Assembly (NCBI RefSeq): GCF_964355755.1
Contig: NC_092680.1
Span: 19,477,045-19,541,044 of the forward strand
Length of the DNA: 64,000 nt
Origin: Antedon mediterranea
Taxonomy: Eukaryota > Animalia > Echinodermata
Reading direction: 5' to 3'
The notes under the pieces are model-generated. The model was not told the DNA's origin. It saw only the letters and a program-made list of their open reading frames with translations, and ran no database searches. Position numbers and translations under genes: made by a program. Positions within the stretch are counted from its first letter, which is position 1. Every line of letters starts with the position of its first letter. Below are positions 52,197-64,000 of the stretch, one piece after another.

Positions 52197-53184
52197 ATGA
52201 AGTTTTTTGGATGTGTAGATCGTGCTTTGTCCACTGCCTTTTACCACTATGGCAAGTTTATAGCTAGGCATGCATACCTGTTTCTTTTTATTCCCCTTAT
52301 TTTATCTGGTCTTTTATGTTTTGGGATCTTCTTTCTTGAAATGGAAAAAAATGCAGAAGATCTATTCACACCGTATGAGAGTATCGCACGAGACGACAAA
52401 GCAGTCATTAATAACCTGTTTCCAATCAATTATACTCATTTTAAAGGAGGCCGCTTTTTAAGTACGACTGAGCGTGTTGGTACAGTGATGGTCACACCAA
52501 AAAAGGGCTTGGATTTACTATCGAGAGAAGCTGTGGAAGAAATATTACATCTGGATGAAGTTATCAGAAACATTGTCATAAAAGATATGAAGGGTCTTCG
52601 GTATGTAGATTTGTGTGCAAAGTGGATGGGTAGATGTATGCCTGATAATTTTCTATCCGCACTTGATTACGATGCAAAGAATATCGTCAGCATGCCCATT
52701 ACTTATCCTGTCATACAGAAAGGAAATCAGAGTTTTTTCATTGGTGCTAGCCTAACTGATATCAATTATTTCAACATGACTAACATTGTACAGTCAGCCA
52801 GTATTTACAAGGCTAACTATCTCTTGAGTTCATCTCCAGAGCTAGAAGATCTGTCAATTGAATGGGAGTATGCATTTATTGATACTCTGCATGAATTTGA
52901 ATCACCGTATATTAACATTATCTACTTCACGTCAAACACGATTTCCGATGAGCTTTTGAGTCTCAGCGAACGAGTAATGCCTCGATTTTCCGTTACGTTT
53001 GGTGTGCTATTTATGTTTGCAGTTGGTTCGTGCATGATGAGTGATTGGGTTTTGAGTAAGCCATGGTTCGGTCAGTTAGGTATCATATCCGCCGGCCTAG
53101 CTATTATGTCTACTGCTGGACTCATGGGCATTGCTCAAGTACCATTTAACCAGATAGTGTCAGTCACACCTTTTCTTGCGATAG
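52197..53184 (+). CDS. Patched domain-containing protein (PTCHD3-like), coding exon 1
   Basis: MKFFGCVDRALSTAFYHYGKFIARHAYLFLFIPL... encodes TM1, luminal loop 1 and the start of the sterol-sensing domain (DWVLSKPW...PFLAI). An upstream acceptor ttttccttcAG is at 52141-52142, and a phase-1 donor G|GTAACT at 53185. Confidence 0.92.
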
Positions 53185-54065
53185 GTAACTACAGTATATA
53201 AGTACACTGTATAAATGATAAAATAGGTGTTACCATCAATTGAGTGCACAGGAGGATGTGATGTGTAATCAACAGAGAACCATTGCAAATCAGAATCATT
53301 AATTAATGGCACTTGTATAAAATCTAACTTTTTTTATTCAATAATAACATTGAAATAGAGTAAATTACAAGCTGAAAAAATAACATTGCAAAAAACATTG
53401 AAAAAGAAAAATTTACAATAAACAGAAAAAAAAAATTTTATTGCACAATCACGTTGTTATAAAGTTATATTATCTGGAAACTAATTTTGTATTTAAATTT
53501 GGATGATTTACCTAAATAATCACTTTACACACTGATGACACATCATGCATTTACCGTGTGTGGCTTATTTTATCATTTAGGTTCAACATTTTATTACACA
53601 ATATAAAATAAAAATATGCATCACTGAGAAAAAACCATCTGTTAATGAATATAATTGATGGCTTTCCGTCCAATCACAGTTCATGGTGAAATCATGTTTC
53701 AGTTACGATTCCTAAGAATCATACATTTGAGACAAAATTACCGTTTTGGTTTCTAGGAGTCCTTATTTGGTATACATTACCGAGTATAATCCCATGCACT
53801 CAAGAATAATCCCAACCTCAAATTTAGACTAAGTTAGGATACAAAACTATAACCCACCCCCTGTGCCCCTAGGGCTATACTCGACCATATGCTATACAGT
53901 ATAGTGAATACCGTTAATATACAGGGTGATCAACATCATTAAATCTTATATGCAGACGACTAGCCTAATGCTGTTACTTAAACATACAGTACATATACAT
54001 ACATCATTAATAATAAATAAAATAATAATCCATTTTAATTAATCATAACTAATATTTTGTTTTAG

Positions 54066-55762
54066 GTATTGGATTAGATGATATGTTCATAATGCTTGCA
54101 GCTTGGAGACAGACAGATGCGAAGCTTTCAGTAGAGGAAAGAATGGGGAAAGCTTACTCAGAGGCTGCCGTATCAATAACTATTACAAGTTTAACGGATG
54201 TCCTTGCATTTTGTATAGGATCCTATAATCCCCTCCGAGCCATTAAAATCTTCTGTCTGTATACAGGGTTGGCCATCACATTTGACTACATATATCAAAT
54301 CACATTTTTTGGGGCCTGCATGGTACTAATTGGCAGACGCGAGGCTGCGAATAAACATTGCTACACGTGTAAAAAAGTTCTACCGAAATCTGAAGCTAAA
54401 ACGACATGGTACAGGATCTTCTGTGCCGGTGGTGGATTCAAAGAACAAGACAGTGTATCAAAAAAAGATATTGAGCCTTGGCTTATGCAGTTCTTTAAAA
54501 ATCACTATGGACCATTCATTATGAAGCCAGTAGTGAAGTTTGTTGTACTGATATCATTTGCCGTCTACATCGGTTTAGCAGTATGGGGCTGTACGCAGGT
54601 ACGTGAAGGCCTTGAGTTGAAAAAGCTCGCTGCTGATGATTCTTATGCGTACAAAGCGTTTGAACTCGATGATGAGCACTTCAACGAATTCGGTCCACCC
54701 GTGCAAATGGTGTTACCAAACAAGCTTAGTTATTGGGAACCAGAAACGCAAAACCAACTTGAGATGATCACAGAAAACTTGGAGAAATCTGAGTTTGTAC
54801 ATCCTTCGATGTTCACTACCTCATGGCTTCGTACATACAACCGATTTTTATCACAAATTGGCGTTAACATTACTACTTTAAATCAGACAATGTTTATGAT
54901 GATTCTGCGTGAACAATTCTTAAAAGTTCCAGAGTTTTCAGAATTTGCTCTTGATATTAATTTCAATTTTTCCAACATGAATAAACCATGTATTACATCA
55001 TCACGTTTTATTCTTGCTACAACTGGGTTGTTTACGTCTGTAGAAGAAGCTAAGTTTTTAAAGGAAATGCGAAATGAAGTAGAAGAATCGCCGATTGATA
55101 TCCATGTGTTTGGGCCATCCTTTGTGTACACTGAGCAGTTTCTAATTGTTGCACCAACGACAATGCAAAACCTAATCATTGCAACTATATGTATGTTTTT
55201 CGTTGCGTTGGTTTTGATACCGCACCCTATATGTGCCGTGTGGGTCACAATATGCGTTGCCTCGATCGAAGTGGGGGTTATAGGATTCATGACATTTTGG
55301 GGTGTCAACTTAGATGGCACGTCTATGATTAACGTTATTCTTTGTATTGGATTCAGTGTAGACTTCACCGCTCATATCACGTATGCATATGTCAGCGCAA
55401 CAGACGAAAATCCAAACAAACGTGCAATATCAGCTCTTCATTCCTTAGGTATGCCGATTTTTCAGGGTGGTTTTTCCACGATTCTGGGAATGTTCGCTCT
55501 CTGTTCGTCTCCTGCTTACATTTTCCGGAGTTTTTTCAAAGTCATGTTACTAGTGATGGTGTTTGGGTTGTTTCACGGACTTCTTCTCCTTCCGATAATA
55601 TTGAGTTTGTTTGGACGGTTTATGAGACCAAATCGTGAGAAGCAAGGTCAGCAGCATGAGGCAGTCAAGACGGAAGAGACAGGTGATGAAGGTAATGAAA
55701 AAAGCTTGTATAATAATTTGTTGGAAGGTGAAACGTTGGATCAGATAATTACAACGATATGA
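54066..55762 (+). CDS. Patched domain-containing protein (PTCHD3-like), coding exon 2
   Basis: Acceptor ttttgttttAG at 54064-54065. The splice restores PFLAIG|IGLDDMF (GxxxDD). Later motifs include SITITSLTD, YQITFFGA, GFSVDFTAH and FGLFHGLLLLP, and the stop TGA ends at 55762. The spliced CDS is 2685 nt, or 894 aa. Confidence 0.94.
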
Positions 55763-58258
55763 GTGAGTTTTGTTCAATGTGAAAATATTGAGAAAAAAAA
55801 TCTATTTCTGGGTGGGAATGAACCTATGAATGAACCTATACAGTATAGTCTAATCTGGGACAGATGTTTTTAAAGACGACCTACATGGGAAAAGAATTTT
55901 TTAATGAGCTAGCAGAAAAAAAACAGGGTTACAGATAGTGAAATAAACAATGTTTAAATTTTACCTGCCTAACTATTTTGTCAGAAAAGGTAATTTATTC
56001 CGTCAGATGAACCACCTTAATTTATAAATGTTGCTGTATAAAATACACTGTCATTTCCATTTACTACACAATACAATTGTGAAAATTAATTGTTTATTTC
56101 TCTGTGTTCTTTTTTTCCTTTATGTTACTCTTATTGTGTAAGTTCACACATTTTAAATTATTATACTTAGCCAACCATAAATAAATGTCTGAAATATATT
56201 TAAAGTCTTTAAAAGACAGTTTAAACAATTTTTTTTTAAAAGACATTCAGCATAAATTTATATCAATCCATGGTACAATTTATGCCCATCATCAGTATAA
56301 CATGTTTTTCTACTTTTTTGGGGTTTAAAAAACATATAGTGGCTTATTTGGAGGTGTGAGCTCCTTTTGAGACCTAAAATTAATTTATTAACTACTTTTG
56401 ATATCAATTTTTGACAGATTACTAATATTAAATGTTGGCACTCCTGATGGACACATTGCAACCTAGCTTTTTAATTTCTTTGTTGACTAGATTTAAATTT
56501 CTCAATTACTTTATACTGAAATAAATTAAATTATATATTTATAAATATATATTTATAATGTATGTAAATAATTATACCTGTACAATTAATTAATAATTAA
56601 GTCGTAGCAATGTAATTTAACATTTTTGTGCAAGGAACACATTGTGGAAAAATGTTACATGCGATATGAGCTGGTCCAAATGTATTGCAATAACCTAATT
56701 GGTATTGGTTATAACATCATTAAACTTGTACCAACTCTCGGATTGAATAGTAGGCCTCAATGAATGTTTATGAGTTGGATACTGAGAATTTCAGGATTTA
56801 TATAATGAATGAGGCAGAGCCAAGTTAGATAGAGCAGTCAATCTTTCAACTCATGAAATCTCAATTCAATGAATAAAAACCATTCATTAACACTACTATG
56901 AATTATTTCAACAATATGGGCCTAGGCCTAGACTTTTTTGTGTAGAAAGAAGGTGCTGCCTGCCTTCATTTAATTAATCTATCTTGAATCAAATATAAAA
57001 CCTTGAAAACATCATCTTCAGTACATATATTTGTTTAGTGTTTCAGAAATTCTTATAAAGTGCCACAATAGCACATTTGGGACTTTAAAAACGGATTAAA
57101 ATGTACATTACATAGAGGCTGCATTATTCCCTGTCATAAAATCTTTCTAACAGTATATGTTTCTAACTTTAAAATTATTTTTTTCTTTTATATTCCACCT
57201 GCAGCTGATGTCACTGAGAGTGATTTAAACGGTGTGGTATAAAGTACTGTAATATTTAATGTTGTTTACTAGTATTTCAGCTATTTTGTTTGTTTATTCC
57301 ATGCATGCTTTCAAAGTTATAGTTTTGGTAGTTCTACAGTAGGGTAGAAGAATACAGGGGTATGAAAGTATAGTACTGTAGTATGTACACCAGCGTGTAG
57401 TGGGTGTGGCTTCAAATTGGTGTGTCTGATTGGCTATTGTTATGCAGCTATATTTGGTATTCCTTCCTCTTTTGAGCTGTGATTACATTGTTTGAAGTAA
57501 CACTCTACTACAGTCAACTCTCCCAATACCGGACTCTCGGAAAACCAGAAACTCTCCCAATACCAGACTTTTCTAGAGGTTCAAAATGTCCCATATTTAT
57601 TTTTACCATTAAAAACACATTCTGAATACCGGCATTTGGTCAAGAGTTTTTTAAGCATCATCTGACTAATACCAACTGTACAGAATTAAAATCCATATTG
57701 CTAAAGTATAACTATATTAATCAAAAATGTTTGCACTGATGAAGGGCTAGTGTTTTTTCATGAAAGCTCTGCTATTTTTTCTTAAATAAACTGCAAATAT
57801 ATTATCTTATCAAAATTGCTTATTGCTTGTTGATATCAATATATTAAAAGTTTGCAATGAAATTATTTAGTTTACCCTTAAACTGACACACTTTTTTTTC
57901 AAATGAATCCTTGACTTATTATGTTAAATTGCTATAAAATGTCTGTATGAAAATGTTTCTTTTTAAGGTAATACTGTGAAGTAAAATGTTTTGTTTAATT
58001 TAGTTTAAATGCAAATAAAATGTGGTGCTCTGCATGATACTGCCTTATTTGTTTAATCATACAGTAAGCTTTGATTTGAATCATGTGAGTTTTGTTTTAT
58101 TGGTAGATAGCACATAATTCCTGGTAGCACTAGAACAATAGCAGTGGCAGATCCAGAGAGTAACCCCTTCCAACACACTGCCCAACCCATTCCCTACATC
58201 CCAACACATGATACTTTTATGTTTTTATCTTGTGATATTATCAAATAATCAACCTTTA

Positions 58259-58431
58259 AGCTCTGTCTACACTATCAAATTTATGTGACAAAAAATGTGA
58301 TGCCCATATGGACATGATGAAGTCATATCAGTACTATATTTAGGCATATCACTATCATATTTGGTCATATCACTACCATATTTGGGCACATACTATTTTT
58401 GTCAAACTAGTTTGATAGTGTAGACAGAGCT
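58259..58431. mobile_element. Harbinger-like MITE, same family as 20936-21098
   Basis: TIR AGCTCTGTCTACACTATCAAA...TTTGATAGTGTAGACAGAGCT. Confidence 0.75.
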
Positions 58432-59075
58432 TGGCATATGATTTATTCAGTTATAAAGATGTGTTTAATAGTTCTATTACAGTAACACTCACCTTCGGGA
58501 TATTTCCTGTAAAACCAACAAAGGGCAATACAGTACATGTTTTAGCACTACACTAAACCCTTATTAAGGGGACACACCTCTATTAAAGGGACACTCTGTT
58601 CATTCCCGGAGGTGTCCTTACCCACTGTATTAATATTATGGTGAAGTTATACACAATTATTTTGGATGTGAAATTCCTGAATCTGCCAACTGCATGAATC
58701 CATACTGCACAGCAAACCCAGAATCATAAACCACCAATATTTTTTTTTTCAATTTTTGTGGTTAAAAATTGTTTTTTATTGTTTCTTTCCTTGAAATGTT
58801 ATTCATCGAAAATACATTTTCTTGGCTGTAATTCAAACTTTATGTAATATAAATAATAATTTTTAATTTATACAACAATGTATGTGTCCAGAATAATAAG
58901 CTTGTTTTTGTCCTTAATTAGGGTACAGTGTTGGAATGTTATATCTTCTAAGAAAGATTTAGTTTAGATCTGAGCTGAATTGTTCCGCCACCAGTTCTTT
59001 TTAATGCAATAATGTTTCATTTAGCACTTAATATATTTACACAGTACTGTAGATCCATAGTTATTAGTAGCACTT

Positions 59076-59308
59076 AAGTACATGCCTAATTTTTAGTTGT
59101 ACTTGGACCTGTTATATTAGTTTATGTAAAACGTAACAATGTGTCTTGAATGGTACATCACCACGCTTTATACATAGCCTAAGTACATGCCTTTATTTTA
59201 GTTGTACTTGGACTGTTATATTAGTATATGTAAAACGTAACAATGTGTCTTGAATGGTACATCACCACGCTTTATACATAGCCTAAGTATGCCTTTATTT
59301 TAGTTGTA
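59076..59308. repeat. Tandem duplication, ~104-bp unit x ~2.2
   Basis: taagtacatgcct...tagttgtacttggac...gtaaaacgtaacaatgtgtcttgaatggtacatcaccacgctttatacatagcc occurs twice, plus the start of a third unit. Confidence 0.9.
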
Positions 59309-62140
59309 AAACTTTGATTTGACTTTGGTTGAATCTGTTAAAGTAGGGTAGACCTTGTATTACAAGATAAACGTTTTTATAAATAAGTACACTTGCCAAA
59401 AAGTTAACCTATATCCTACAGTAGTTCATTATTAAGCCAATGTCTGCTAACGTAATAATTGCTTTACAGTTTAATTCCGTTTCAATCTCACCATACAATA
59501 AATACATATTATTCTTAGGGTCTTTGACCAGATTGTGGATCCACCGAAAATATATTTGCTATTGGCATGTGACTTGTTAATATGTGACTATGAACCTGTT
59601 TGTTAAAACTTGATGTTATATAATTATTTTCTGTTAATAAGTTACTATGGACCTGTTATATAAGTTGATGTTATTATAAGTACTTTACTTATTCTCCATG
59701 ATGTTAATATATAATTATTTGTTTTCAATTAATTGTTAACCAGTGCGGACTATGAGCCTGTTTTATACATTTATTATGGAGAATAAGTAAAGTAACATAA
59801 ATAATGTAACGTTTTTTTTTCAACCGTTGTTAATCACTGGCTATGCTGTTTGTACTATAAGTTGATGTTATATAATTATTTTTTTGTCAACATTTGTTAG
59901 TTCATGAACTGATAAAACATAATTATCACCCATAGTTCAAGGATTTACTCATCAATATAAAAGTTATTTTAAGAAACATTACATAAAACAAATTCTAACC
60001 ATTTATGAAAAGATTATATTTATCCAAAAAACATAAATAAATTGCAATCTAACTGAAAATATAAGAAATGATATATAATGTGATTTATAGTAAAACAATA
60101 TTAACAAATGGGTTATTTATATTAAATGAAAATACAGGGTGGTAATAACAAATTATAAATGATTATATTTATTTTAATCAGTAATAATAAGTATGTACTA
60201 GTAAATATTAAAGTGACTAGCTTGATTGTCTTTTAACTGTGATATATATAAAAGGTGGCCTGACTGATTTTGTGATGTTAGCAATAATAGTTTTGTGACA
60301 GGGTGTGACAATTAGTTCTTATCAAATATTCTTATATGACATTTAACATCTGGGTGTCGTCACTCTTTGAAAAAGTACTTGCAAGGTGAAAATGCAAATT
60401 TTAAACCTGGATACTTCACAAAACTCAGGACATTTGTAATTAATAATCTAATTTAACCTCAGTAAATAAATGTAATGAAATCCTGTGCTATAAATGCAGC
60501 ATCAAGAGGGGAAAAAAGATTATTATAAATCTCATTTTCAGGTTATTCTAACCCTTTGTGTGTTTAGTATCTGTTATATATGTTATATATTTAGCAGGAA
60601 TATGTTCTTGGGTATAAAGTACTTGATTCTAAAATCTATCTATTTTTCTGACCGATGTTGATGTGTTGTTTTAAACCAAGAAGAGTGTCCTCTCATTGGT
60701 TCCAAAGTTGACAATGTTATTCGTAGTGTAATTTGCTGAGAGTTTATTGAAATAAATTTATTGAACAAAGTCTAGTATATTTTTGTCAATTTGTTTATGT
60801 AATGACTTTGCTCTCTACCTTGCCTGTAATTAGAAAGCATGTGGTTTTAAAAAAGTCTGTAGAGCAGTTTGTTTTAACAACTACACATATTGCCTAATTT
60901 ACTGGATCTTTTTATACACACAATACTATTTGTCAAATTCAATTAAGCCTATATATGTTTAATGTATTTTCTTTCTTATTTATTGTATGTATTTGATTAC
61001 TGTTTTTGTTTGTTGAATACCCGGCAATACAACAGAACATCTACATAACATATTTTATTAGAAATAAAGATAAGAATAGTGTTGATTAACTTCAAAATAG
61101 ATGCATTGGGTTTGCCTGTTCAACTAATTTGTGATTCAATTCAAGAAACATTTATTGACCAAAAATATTATATCATAACAATTGGCATATAATATATATA
61201 GTCAAGAGACTACAAAAGGCCCAATGGGCATGTCGCTGTAGTCCCTCTTTACATTATACAAATAATAATAATACAACACTAAATCTTAATTAGCCGTTAC
61301 GTACATTAATATTATATATAAAAGAACACAGTATCTTAATTAATTAATTAGGTTACCATCTGAGGTATACATTATCATCATCATCATCATCTATAAATAC
61401 ACCCAATTATTTGTGTTGTGTTCATTACTAATACAATTTTTTGTCTTATGCGACAGCATTGGAATTTCATTCAACAAATATATTTGTATTAAAAACGATT
61501 GACCGCAATATAAAGGTTAATTGTAAATATTGATTAATGCTAATTTGCATAAGTAACAATTTTACGTGGCTTATGCACAATATGTTTCAAACAGTTTAAT
61601 GTAACCTGCACGTCGTACACGCTGCTGTATTGATTATGTTAATAAGTGGCCAATATTTTTTATTTAGACGACAGGAGAATCAGGGTGATGTAAAATTCTC
61701 CCTGAATATATTTTATTTTTGTCTATCGCCCTCTATTTTAACCATATGACTCTCATGACATGCGTTTCAGAATTTAATAGTAACTTTTATATATTTGAAA
61801 TTTTAACATGTAAATAAAAATCATAGGCCGACTATACGCTGTAAAATTAATTAATAATATATTGGAGTTTGACCTCGGACACGATGGCCAGCTATACAGC
61901 TCCGCCTACAAATCAATCTGTTTCGACTGCGCTTGCTGGTGAAGTTAAGATTGCAACCAAGTTAATTTATCTTCATGTACCGGTATGTTTACTAGTCTTC
62001 TCTTTTGTTAACATACCAATGGCGATACTGAAATTTAAAAAAAAAACAAGCGTAAGTTAAGCGTTAGCAATAGGATTTTTAAAATACAGACTAGACTAAA
62101 TAGACTTACAAGCTATACTTTTACTATAACATCAAGTAGG

Positions 62141-63765
62141 CTACTTTATGAGTTTACCTTCTTCCATTGTTGTGGATTTGTTCACAAATACTTGCTTATC
62201 TCGTTGCAGCTCCACTATTTTGTTAGTTCCTGGTCCAAAAATCGTCAATAGAACCGGTAATGCGAACAATGCGTGAAATAAACCAAACAACATTAGCAAA
62301 ATGATTGTTCTAAATGCATTAATTATTATTGAAGATGAAGAAAGCAGAAGAAAAACTGCAGAACCGGAAATGACGAGAGTTGTCTGCACAACAGGCATTC
62401 CGATTGTGTTTAGTGCGGACAGAGCTCTCAGATTGGACGATTCTGCGTCTGACGTAGCATACGCGTATGTCACGTGCGTCGAAAAGTTTACACTGAAACC
62501 AATGCTTAAAATCACTGCCATCATTGTAAAAATATCAAGCTCAACACCCCAAAATAATAAATAACCTTCGACCCCAGCCTCTATAGAGAAAACACCTAAC
62601 GTGATCCAAACTGAACAGACTGGATTTGGGACCAAGAGAAGAGTGAGTACGAACATGCATACTGCTGCGATTAAGAACAGCTCAAGGGTTTGGGAAACAA
62701 TATCTTCATGTTGCTCTGTAACGATGAAAAATGAACTAAAAACAACTACTTCTGAATTAGCCGTTTTAGCTATATCTCTCATGTCCTGTAAGATCTTAAC
62801 TTTATCTGAATGTGTGTACGCATTACATGTCGCCAAAATAAGAACTCGCGAATTAATGATCCTGACATCTCCAGATTTACTGAATGCCAAATCAAGTTTA
62901 AACTGTTTTCCCGCCGATGATTTCAAAAAGTCATTTTGTAACTTTTCTATATAAATGTCTTTTGTAACATTTGTACAACTTCCATATGAATTCGTAAGAA
63001 ATGTACAATATTCTTTATACCACGATAGCGTAAATTCAGGTCCACAAATGTACTCGTTTGACTCGAACGACTGTGTCATCTTCTCCACTGTACTCTGAGT
63101 GTCTTTCTCCCAATATTCCAGGTCTTCCATCATTACGTACACCGATGGACCATACTCTACTAAATTGTTCGATTGGAATAATTTTGATGTGGTGATCTCG
63201 GCGTTGATGTCTTCTTGAACGCTAGAGATGGTCGTACAACCGTAAATCGCAAAACCTTCATACAAGACAAGAACCACTATGATAAGAAATTTACTGAAGC
63301 GGTGCATTACAAACGGTCCTAGGTACGTTTTAATAAACCACGAAATTAATGGCTTCAGTTGATATATTGTAAGTTCCTCATTATTATAATTTACTCCACC
63401 TGCACAAAGACATTTGTAGATAACATTAGAAGATTCGCTTTCTGGGTCAACCTTTACACAAGTGAAACAGTGACGATTTTCCATTTCTCGTCTGCCAATA
63501 TAGAAGAGACACGCGCCAAAAAAAGTTAGTTGATAAGCATACGTGAAGACAAGGGACAACCCTGCACATAAGCATGGTACTCGGATGCACATAAAAGGGC
63601 TAATTGCTCCAATCATGTAAATTATGATGTTGGCCAAGTGTGTGATTGAAATAGACATAATTGCGTCACTGTAACACTGTATCAGACGATTTTCTATCGA
63701 CATCATCATAGGATTCGCTTCGCGCCAAGAATACAGCAAAACAAATGTGTTGTCGAGTCCAATAC
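62141..63765 (-). CDS. Second, divergent Patched domain-containing protein (PTCHD3-like), terminal coding exon; upstream exon is outside the window
   Basis: Acceptor ttaattttgtAG at 63767-63766, then phase-1 (G)IGLDNTFVLLYSWRE..., the same intron position as the + strand paralog. The frame is uninterrupted to TAG at 62141 and includes YQLTFFGAC, RHCFTC, GFSVNFSTH and FGLFHALFALP. Confidence 0.88.
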
Positions 63766-64000
63766 CTACAAAATTAAACAATGAAATAGAAAAACTTGTT
63801 AGTCTATAATACATCAACTAAGTCCTTCAAATATTTCAACCGATTTACTTCAAGAGATTATAAAAATTAAATTTAAAAAAGAAGAAAACTTTTAAACAGA
63901 TCGAAACGTGTTTCGTCTCTTTATTTCGAATTTATTTTATCTAGAAGTCAGTGAATCGTCTGATATATGAACGATGTTAAGATTAGGCTACCTAAAGATT

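Noticed and set aside
53185-53201. Treating ORFs 52197-53201 and 54083-55762 as two genes
   Set aside because: The GT-AG intron 53185-54065 joins them in frame and restores the AIG-IGLDD motif.
54330-62954. Overlapping or antisense ORFs on the PTCHD exons (e.g. 54883-55368, 62301-62564, 62601-62954)
   Set aside because: Shadow frames of hydrophobic coding sequence, with no independent evidence.
63766-63817. N-terminal MMYYRLTSFSISLFNFV of ORF 62141-63817
   Set aside because: Intronic read-through upstream of the AG acceptor; homology to the paralog starts at GIGLD.

Overview
AT-rich eukaryotic genomic DNA, most likely from an invertebrate deuterostome such as an echinoderm. That assignment is inferred from spliced GREB1-like and PTCHD-like genes, Deu/Nin-type SINEs and Academ/Kolobok-type transposons. 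(1) The first two coding exons of a GREB1/GREB1L-like gene lie on the minus strand (5055-4926 spliced to 130-<1), with a probably ~30 kb, transposon-filled 5' intron. (2) A ~10 kb head-to-tail array holds 61 tRNA-Asp genes by my manual count (37162-47101, ~160-170 bp unit), and an inverted 3-copy outlier of the same unit lies at 10590-10978. (3) Two convergent Patched-domain (PTCHD3-like) paralogs share one intron position. One is a complete two-exon gene of 894 aa (52197-55762, +). The other is the last exon of a divergent copy (63765-62141, -) in which two of the three RND-type transmembrane Asp residues are Asn. (4) A 4 kb palindromic (fold-back) Academ-type transposon derivative, several MITEs and SINEs, an 80-bp minisatellite with a strict dimeric higher-order repeat, and a CA-rich low-complexity tract. 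Copy-to-copy comparisons show TA-CAG-TA/TA-CTG-TA insertions that look like Tc1/mariner excision footprints. No prokaryotic systems such as CRISPR are supported. All family assignments come from recalled motifs, not from database searches.
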